DNA of 14,650 nucleotides from Propionibacteriaceae bacterium (GTDB lineage Bacteria; Actinomycetota; Actinomycetes; Propionibacteriales; Propionibacteriaceae): NCBI GenBank assembly GCA_009778875.1, contig WRFI01000030.1, positions 1 to 14,650 of the forward strand, read 5' to 3'. Shown piece by piece: positions 7,521 to 14,650 of this stretch (position 1 is its first letter; each line of letters starts with the position of its first letter). The notes under the pieces were generated by a model. It saw only the letters and a program-made list of their open reading frames with translations, ran no database searches and was not told where the DNA came from. The position numbers and the translations under genes were made by a program.

Positions 7521-9581
7521 ATGGGTTATTCCTACATAGACGTGGACGCCATGGACCAAATCATCAGGGACATGGGCCGGGCGGCTGACGACTTGTCCGA
7601 CTTGAAGTCGAATCTGAACCAGTGCCTTGCAGCGGGCGGAGTTTCCTGTTCGTTGGGCGCGATCGAACAAAACTCGATGTGGATCGCCGATACTTTGCCT
7701 GATCTGCGCAGGCGCTCGTGGTTGGCGCACAGCCTGTTGGAGAGCAACCCGGGCTCCGGCCTCATCCAGCAGGTGGATGAGTCGATGATCAACTCAAGCA
7801 CGCCGATGTGGGCATCGGACGAGGAGGCTGCGGCCGCCGGGCTGGCCCTGGCTGGCCGGTTTGCCATCCAGATGGCGTCGGGCGATGGCAGCATTTCGGA
7901 GCCAGATTGGGAAACCCTGCGGATGTGCATGATCGACCCGGCATTCGCGGCTGCGTTCTTTAACGGGCTTGGGACGGACAAGTTTAGCCAGTTGGCGGCA
8001 GGTGTATTCCAAACCACAAACATAGGCGACCCCATGAGCGACCCGAGGATGGCAGCCTTGTCTGGGGTGCTGGGCGGTGCCTCGAAGTCTGGGCCCGATA
8101 TGTCGGCTATCATCGCCGATTACTTCACCACGCAGATGCAGACGCAGACCGGCACCTGGCTGACAGGTTACATGGCGTTGATGTCCAACGCGTCGCTGGC
8201 CACGGGCTGTGCTGTTGCCATCGCCGATTGGACATATCAGACTGACAAGGACGTCACAGGCACATACGCCGACTACCAGAACTACACCGGCTCAAGCAAC
8301 CGCAACATAGTGGTGCCGGCGGTGATGGCGATGCTGGCCAATAATCCGAGTGCGGCCACCGCTTTCTTCACGGACATGATGGGGGCTGTCACTCAGTCGA
8401 TAAGGCAAGACCCCAATCAGGGCGGCGAGACGATATCTGTGGCGATCTCGCCCCATATCGCGTGGGCCGTCGCCTGGCAGGGTATTGTCACCGACAACGG
8501 GGACAGCGTGGGCGCGGCGTTGGCGACGGCGGCCGGGTCGGCTGGGCCGGGAGGCACCCTCACGCCCCTGCAGGCTCAGGTAGGGACCCAGGTGCTGGCC
8601 GAGGTTACCGCGCTGCGGCAGCAGAACCCTGCCTGGACGCCGATGCTGGGCATCGGCAATGGCGTGGCGATGATCATCGCGCACAATATGGGTGATCTGC
8701 TGGCCGTCTCGCCGCAAATCGCCTTCGATGACGACATCTATTCCTCGGTGACCTGGCCGCCGGGCACGCCGACCGGGTTGGGCCACATTGAGGGTGGGGT
8801 GTCGCATCTGGGGGTTGATGCGACGATATTCGGCACGGCGTTGCAGGCGATCGGCTCGAATGAGATCGCTGTCAATATCGTGGTGTTGGGCTGGTCGGAT
8901 GGCTTGTGTGACTATCTGAAGTCTCAGATGCCCACGGCGCCCGATGCGTCCGGCCAGGACCCGCGCGTCACGTTCTTCGTCCAACCGATGGACAACTCTC
9001 CGGCCCTGCTGGGGCTTGATCATGCGTTACAGGGTTTGGACTTCATCATCGACAATCTGAAGGCAGGGGTGCCCGAGCCGGCGCACGTGTCTTCGGCAGC
9101 CATGGATGCGGCCGGCTTGGCGTTGGCGGGGGCCGGTTTTGCGCCGCCCGTGGCGATACCGGCGGGAGTCCTGGGTGCCGGAATGGCTGGATATCAGGCG
9201 GTGGTGGACCACGCGCAGCACGTGGCAGACACCATCAAGGCCAACACCGACCAGGACGCGGTCGCGGCGATTCATAGCGCCTACAAAACCTATGTGGGGG
9301 CGCTGGCGCAGCAGGGCTACTTCGACCCGGGCGTCATCGCGGCCGTCAATGCGACCAACACGGGCTTGGGCGCTTATGACCCGACCCAGCCGATTCCGGA
9401 CGGCGCGGGTGGTTTCCTGGATCCGCCCATGATGCCCGGCAGTCCGCGGCAGTTCGACTGGGATGCCTCCGGCGCCGACCGGTTCCTGGGGGAGTTAGGG
9501 GTCGATGGTGCCATCGTCTACGTGACGCGGGACTGGCCGGGTAGCCCAGCGCTGCCGAACCTGGCGGTGACGCTGCCATGA
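7521..9581 (+). CDS. Hypothetical 686-aa Ala/Gly-rich protein. N-terminal helical domain plus C-terminal module paralogous to the 10348..11439 product
   Basis: ATG 7521 with GAGG RBS 5 nt upstream; GTG 7518 is the alternative. No signal peptide and no TM segment. Starts 10 nt after the small ORF stop. Ends in an ATGA overlap with the lipoprotein gene. C-terminal half shares motifs (QQNP[AS]WTP, FF..P.NS.A.L.L..A...LDFI.DN, GYFD) with the downstream paralog. Confidence 0.6.
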   Translation: MGYSYIDVDAMDQIIRDMGRAADDLSDLKSNLNQCLAAGGVSCSLGAIEQNSMWIADTLPDLRRRSWLAHSLLESNPGSGLIQQVDESMINSSTPMWASDEEAAAAGLALAGRFAIQMASGDGSISEPDWETLRMCMIDPAFAAAFFNGLGTDKFSQLAAGVFQTTNIGDPMSDPRMAALSGVLGGASKSGPDMSAIIADYFTTQMQTQTGTWLTGYMALMSNASLATGCAVAIADWTYQTDKDVTGTYADYQNYTGSSNRNIVVPAVMAMLANNPSAATAFFTDMMGAVTQSIRQDPNQGGETISVAISPHIAWAVAWQGIVTDNGDSVGAALATAAGSAGPGGTLTPLQAQVGTQVLAEVTALRQQNPAWTPMLGIGNGVAMIIAHNMGDLLAVSPQIAFDDDIYSSVTWPPGTPTGLGHIEGGVSHLGVDATIFGTALQAIGSNEIAVNIVVLGWSDGLCDYLKSQMPTAPDASGQDPRVTFFVQPMDNSPALLGLDHALQGLDFIIDNLKAGVPEPAHVSSAAMDAAGLALAGAGFAPPVAIPAGVLGAGMAGYQAVVDHAQHVADTIKANTDQDAVAAIHSAYKTYVGALAQQGYFDPGVIAAVNATNTGLGAYDPTQPIPDGAGGFLDPPMMPGSPRQFDWDASGADRFLGELGVDGAIVYVTRDWPGSPALPNLAVTLP

Positions 9582-10351
9582 CCGCGCGAAGGAGCGTGAG
9601 GGCTTCAATTGCTGCCAGTTTGGTGGCGTTGTCGCTCCTGGTGTCGGGCTGTGCGAACCGCGGGTCCGGCCAGACGTCCACGGGATTCCAGTTCATGGTT
9701 CGATCCTCTCTCGATGTGCTTAACTCAACTGCCCCCTGGTTTACGCCCGAGGTGTCTTTTGACTGTTTGACGTTGACGGCGGACGATTTGGAGGCCGTAT
9801 TGTTGCCGACGACATACTATGTGAACATTTCAGATCCGGGCGCCTGCGAGGTTTCTTTCATGGGGGACAGACAGATAACGGTCGCTGTAACCGATTCACG
9901 GTACCAGCGGGTCATGGTCAAGTCGTTGATGGAGTCTAGTTTGGGTCAGGCGTTCGTTTATCGGTTTCCGGCGTCTTTCGGCTGGGGTGGTGCCTTGTGG
10001 ACGGTCGAGGAGTTGTTGTTCGAACCCATGCCAGCCAGTCCGACTGTGGGTGGTTTGGCTTGGGCGGTGTTGTGCGCGGATGAGACGCATTGTGTGCAGG
10101 TGGTGGTGTCTTACAACATGACGATTAGCGACAACGTGAATGGTGTGCGGGATCCGTTGGGTGTGGCGGTGAGTCTGCTGGAAACGGTTTGGCGGCGGTT
10201 GTCTGTGGATCGTCCCGATTTGGTGCCGGTCCAGGTGCCGGCGGTGAATCCGGCCCCGTATCAGCCGATTACCCAGCCGATCGTGTTTGCGACCCCCACG
10301 CCAGATGTTCCCGTCTCCACCCCCGTCCCTTCAGCCACGGGGACGCCATGA
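9578..10351 (+). CDS. Lipoprotein (signal peptidase II substrate) with Pro-rich C-terminal tail
   Basis: 257 aa. N-region MTARRSVR, hydrophobic stretch SIAASLVALSLLV, lipobox VSGC. C-terminal PDLVPVQVPAVNPAPYQPITQPIV...PVPSATGTP tail. ATGA start/stop overlaps at both ends (9578-9581 and 10348-10351). Confidence 0.7.
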   Translation: MTARRSVRASIAASLVALSLLVSGCANRGSGQTSTGFQFMVRSSLDVLNSTAPWFTPEVSFDCLTLTADDLEAVLLPTTYYVNISDPGACEVSFMGDRQITVAVTDSRYQRVMVKSLMESSLGQAFVYRFPASFGWGGALWTVEELLFEPMPASPTVGGLAWAVLCADETHCVQVVVSYNMTISDNVNGVRDPLGVAVSLLETVWRRLSVDRPDLVPVQVPAVNPAPYQPITQPIVFATPTPDVPVSTPVPSATGTP

Positions 10352-11439
10352 CCGCCGTTTTCCCTCAGTCGCCACTGGGCCCGCGACCGATTCTGCCGGG
10401 GTTAGGACGGGCGCCTGTGGCAGGCAAAAGGACTGCCCCTACCCCGCGGTGGACCCCGCGACCGCCCATGACGGCCGCCCAGGTTTTGGCGACGACGCAG
10501 GCGTTCATTGCCATCGCGGACAGGAAGCAGCAGAACCCGAGCTGGACGCCCGAGCCCGGACTGGCTCGCACTGCGGGGGTGAGCATGATGGACGCCATCC
10601 GTGACGTTTTTGCGATGGCGCCGCAGGCGAGCGTTGATGGCGATGGCAATGCGTCGCTGCGCTGGCAGGAGGTGCCAGCCAATGTGTACGGAAAGGTCTG
10701 GACGAAGCCGGACGGGTTGCACCTGGGGGTTGATGGGGCGGTGCTCGGCCTGGTCATGCAGGCGATCGCGCCGGTGATGAGCGCGATTGACGTCATTCTG
10801 ATCGCCTGGTCTCACCACCTGCTGGGCTTTCTGACCTCCAGCATTCCGGCGTCTGAGCAAGCCCGGTTGGCCTTCTTTGAATCGCCCGACAACTCGGCGG
10901 CGGCCCTCGCGCTCGCCCGGGCGGCCGAGGTCCTCGATTTCATTGTCGACAACGCGGTGGAGGGGCTGAAAGTCCCGGCTGACAAGGCCCAGAGAGGTTT
11001 TCTCTGGATGGGCCTAGCCGTAATGGCGGCCAGCAACGAGGCGATAGGTGTAAGCGACATTGACCCGCGGACGATGCCGGTTGGGTTGATCGATCGCCTG
11101 CGCACTATCCGTCCATATGAGGTCGGCAAGCTGCCCCGGGACGGGCGGCTCGCCTTGTCTGCGACCTATCCGACGTTTGTGCAGGCCCTGGCCGAGCTCG
11201 GCTATTTCGACGCGGCGATCCTGCGGCAGGCTGACGAAAGGTTCCACCTGGGTTTGGGCAGTGCGTCGGCGTTCGTGCGGCCGGGCACCCCGGGCGGGCC
11301 GTTGCGGTTCGACATGACGGCGCCGGGCGCCACCGACTGGCTCTTCAAAGCCGGCATAGAGCGGACCATCGAAGGTGTGGTGGCGGAACGTCACCGGCAC
11401 CCGGGATACCCCAGCCGGGTCGCCCATTTGCCTACGTGA
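10348..11439 (+). CDS. Hypothetical 363-aa protein, paralog of the C-terminal half of the 7521..9581 product
   Basis: ATG 10348 overlaps the lipoprotein TGA. The track ORF begins further upstream (10189) in the same frame, inside the lipoprotein gene. Shares extended motifs with the large protein (AIDVILIAWSHHLLGFL vs IAVNIVVLGWSDGLCDYL; RLAFFESPDNSAAALALARAAEVLDFIVDNAVEGLKVPA vs RVTFFVQPMDNSPALLGLDHALQGLDFIIDNLKAGVPEPA; YPTFVQALAELGYFD vs YKTYVGALAQQGYFD). Confidence 0.6.
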   Translation: MTAVFPQSPLGPRPILPGLGRAPVAGKRTAPTPRWTPRPPMTAAQVLATTQAFIAIADRKQQNPSWTPEPGLARTAGVSMMDAIRDVFAMAPQASVDGDGNASLRWQEVPANVYGKVWTKPDGLHLGVDGAVLGLVMQAIAPVMSAIDVILIAWSHHLLGFLTSSIPASEQARLAFFESPDNSAAALALARAAEVLDFIVDNAVEGLKVPADKAQRGFLWMGLAVMAASNEAIGVSDIDPRTMPVGLIDRLRTIRPYEVGKLPRDGRLALSATYPTFVQALAELGYFDAAILRQADERFHLGLGSASAFVRPGTPGGPLRFDMTAPGATDWLFKAGIERTIEGVVAERHRHPGYPSRVAHLPT

Positions 11440-11457
11440 GGCGACCAGACGGTTGGG

Positions 11458-12861
<1,404 letters not shown>

Positions 12862-13001
12862 TACGCTACCAATTCCCCTATTCCCTCCTTGGGAGGTGTG
12901 CCTGCGGAGCCGACGAGGTGGTCGTCTCAAGCGCGTGCAGGAGGGTGAGGAGGGGAATGGAGCACGCCGACGGTTCGCGTCACTCAGTCGTGCCTCACCG
13001 C

Positions 13002-13066
13002 AAAATGGGAGCGTAGAATGCCCGAAAATGGGAGCGTAGAATGCCCGAAAATGGTAGCGTAGGGGC
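13002..13066. repeat. 23-bp direct tandem repeat (AAAATGGGAGCGTAGAATGCCCG), about 2.7 copies, in the divergent fumC/ATPase intergenic region
   Basis: Two perfect copies at 13002-13024 and 13025-13047. A degenerate third copy (AAAATGGTAGCGTAGGGGC) at 13048-13066. Each full copy carries TAGAAT (13014-13019, 13037-13042), which fits the actinobacterial -10 consensus TANNNT and is oriented toward the ATPase gene. Confidence 0.85.
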
Positions 13067-13089
13067 TTTTGCGGGACTATCATTAACAC

Positions 13090-14340
13090 ATGGCTTATCT
13101 TGCGCGAACCGTCGATCAAGAACTTGACGAGCTGCTCCCTACCGCCCCAGCCATCGCCTTGGACGGCCCAAAGGGAGTTGGCAAGACTGACACGGCGCAG
13201 CGGCGTGCTGATGTCGTGTGGTTTCTGGATGACGCCGCCCAGCGCGAAGTCGCCCAGGCTGATTTTGCGATGTCGACGCTGCCTGCCGGCACAGTGCTGC
13301 TGGATGAGTGGCAGAAGCTGCCCCAGGTGTGGGATTCCGTCCGTCGACAGGTTGACGCAGGTGCGCCTGCCGGGCGCTTCCTGCTGACGGGCTCGGCAAC
13401 CCCCTTGGAAGGGAGGGACACCCACAGCGGAGCGGGCCGGATACTGTCCTTGCGTATGCGCCCGATGGGGTTGCATGAGCGCGGTAAGACCACACCGACG
13501 GTCTCGCTAGCGGCGCTGCTGACGGGTGGCCAGGGAATTGTCGCGGGCACCACATCATTCACTCTGCGGGACTACATAGAAGCAATTGTCGAAAGCGGCT
13601 TCCCTGGCATCATGGGCGCGGCTCCGAGGTTGCGCCGCGCGATGCTCGACTCATACATTCAACGTGTTATTGACAGAGATCTGCCAGAGCAGGGGTATAG
13701 CGTGCGTCGCCCAGGTACCCTTCGGCGGTGGTTGACGGCGTACGCCGCCGCGTCATCAACCAACACGGCTTACACTCAATTGCTCGCTGCCACAACTGGC
13801 GGCGACGGAATGCAACCAGCCAAGAGCACGACGCTGGCCTACCGTGACTTGCTGACTCAACTCTGGCTGGTCGATCCTGTGCCGGGATGGGTACCGACCA
13901 ACAGTTTCATCCATCGGCTGCAGCAGGCGCCCAAACACCAGCTGGCCGACCCGGCCTTGGCTGCCCGGCTACTAAAGCTGTCGGCCCAGGCGTTGACGAC
14001 GGCAACCGGGGCACACATGGCGGGGCCGTTGTTTGAATCGCTCACAACTCTTGGAATCCGGGTGATGGCACAGGCGGCCGAGGCCTCCGTCAGCCACATG
14101 CGCCTGAGCGGTGGTGACCGCGAGATCGATCTGCTAGTTGAAGGGGTTGACGGGCAGCTCCTCGGCATTGAGGTCAAACTGGCAGCAACGGTGACGAATG
14201 CCGATGTTCGTCATCTTGTTTGGCTGCGCGATCAGCTTCCCGACCGCGTCGTCGACCTGATGGTGATCACAACTGGCAGCACGGCCTATCGTCGTTCCGA
14301 CGGAGTCGCCGTGGTGCCGCTGGCGCTGCTGGGGGTCTGA
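13090..14340 (+). CDS. AAA+ ATPase of the DUF4143/AAA_14 family (ATP-binding protein)
   Basis: 416 aa. Walker A GPKGVGKT and Walker B VLLDEWQ. The LLTGSA sensor-like motif and C-terminal DUF4143-like region are typical of this widespread family. Lower GC3 codon choice than the housekeeping neighbours. Confidence 0.85.
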   Translation: MAYLARTVDQELDELLPTAPAIALDGPKGVGKTDTAQRRADVVWFLDDAAQREVAQADFAMSTLPAGTVLLDEWQKLPQVWDSVRRQVDAGAPAGRFLLTGSATPLEGRDTHSGAGRILSLRMRPMGLHERGKTTPTVSLAALLTGGQGIVAGTTSFTLRDYIEAIVESGFPGIMGAAPRLRRAMLDSYIQRVIDRDLPEQGYSVRRPGTLRRWLTAYAAASSTNTAYTQLLAATTGGDGMQPAKSTTLAYRDLLTQLWLVDPVPGWVPTNSFIHRLQQAPKHQLADPALAARLLKLSAQALTTATGAHMAGPLFESLTTLGIRVMAQAAEASVSHMRLSGGDREIDLLVEGVDGQLLGIEVKLAATVTNADVRHLVWLRDQLPDRVVDLMVITTGSTAYRRSDGVAVVPLALLGV

Positions 14341-14438
14341 GAAGCGCCTGGGCAATTCCTCTATGCCCTCATGCCCTGGGGTGGTGCGAAAACCTCCGCG
14401 TTGTGGTCTCGCGGGGGGTGCAGCGCCGGAGCCACGGA

Positions 14439-14644
14439 AAATTCCCCTCAGGGGAGGGGTGGCAGTCGCCAAGCGACTGACGGGGTGGTCGGTCACCTTC
14501 CTGCACACGCTTGGAGGACCACCCCGTCGGCTCCGCCGGCACACCGAGGAGCAGTGAGCGCAGACGAGCTTGCTCGTATGCCGAACGCGACGAAGGTGTA
14601 ACAGGGAGCGAAGCGACCGAGTACCCCTCCCCAGAGGGGAATTT
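14439..14644. repeat. 22-bp inverted repeats (21/22 match) flanking a 162-bp structured non-coding segment at the window edge
   Basis: AAATTCCCCTCAGGGGAGGGGT at 14439-14460. Its reverse-complement partner ACCCCTCCCCAGAGGGGAATTT at 14623-14644 has one central mismatch. The interior contains hairpins AGTCGC-CAA-GCGACT (14464-14478) and ACGAGC-TT-GCTCGT. There is no ORF. Confidence 0.7.
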
Positions 14645-14650
14645 ACTCCG

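Noticed and set aside
7532-9023. 193-aa and 243-aa minus-strand ORFs inside the large hypothetical gene
   Set aside because: The plus-strand frame has uninterrupted length, RBS-supported coupling and a paralog elsewhere in the window. The minus-strand frames are Arg/Pro-rich artefacts.
10189-10347. Longer start for the paralog gene at 10189 (416 aa)
   Set aside because: It would overlap 160 nt of the lipoprotein gene in another frame. ATG 10348 gives the same ATGA coupling pattern seen at the previous junction, and the alignment with the large protein begins after it.
12862-13476. Upstream extension of the fumC ORF to 672 aa
   Set aside because: Fumarase C homology begins at [10 protein letters not shown] (ATG 12861). 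The extra 205 residues are Arg/Pro-rich, lack homology and would run through the divergent promoter and tandem-repeat region.
14394-14416. GC-rich hairpin CCGCG-N9-CGCGG downstream of the ATPase gene as a possible terminator
   Set aside because: Short 5-bp stem, 9-nt loop and no U-tract. Cannot be distinguished from random GC-rich structure. It is mentioned only as possibly part of the structured non-coding 3' region.

Overview
High-GC actinobacterial-type chromosomal window. Recognisable housekeeping genes are: (1) a minus-strand operon at 78..3346 encoding an SPFH/band-7 membrane protein, an NAD-dependent epimerase/dehydratase and a class I/II PLP aminotransferase (the epimerase and aminotransferase genes overlap by 1 nt); (2) a divergent DAGK-family lipid kinase (+); (3) an isochorismatase-family hydrolase (-); (4) transketolase tkt (+); (5) class II fumarase fumC (-). 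Between tkt and fumC lies a tightly coupled four-gene plus-strand cluster (7172..11439): a small helical protein, a 686-aa Ala/Gly-rich protein, a lipoprotein, and a shorter protein that is paralogous to the C-terminal half of the 686-aa protein. None of the four matches a family I recognise. The cluster visibly uses low-GC3 codons (TTG, GTT, GAT, TAT, GGT, CAA) that contrast with the flanking housekeeping genes. This is the most likely previously undescribed system here, possibly a horizontally acquired cell-envelope or secretion-associated module. Downstream of fumC is an AT-rich divergent intergenic region carrying a 23-bp tandem repeat of about 2.7 copies with embedded TAGAAT hexamers. It is followed by a DUF4143-type AAA+ ATPase gene that also has atypical codon usage. 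At the 3' end of the window a 22-bp inverted repeat with one mismatch flanks 162 bp of structured non-coding DNA, which could be a MITE or a retron-like ncRNA. Long antisense ORFs inside the real genes are treated as high-GC artefacts.
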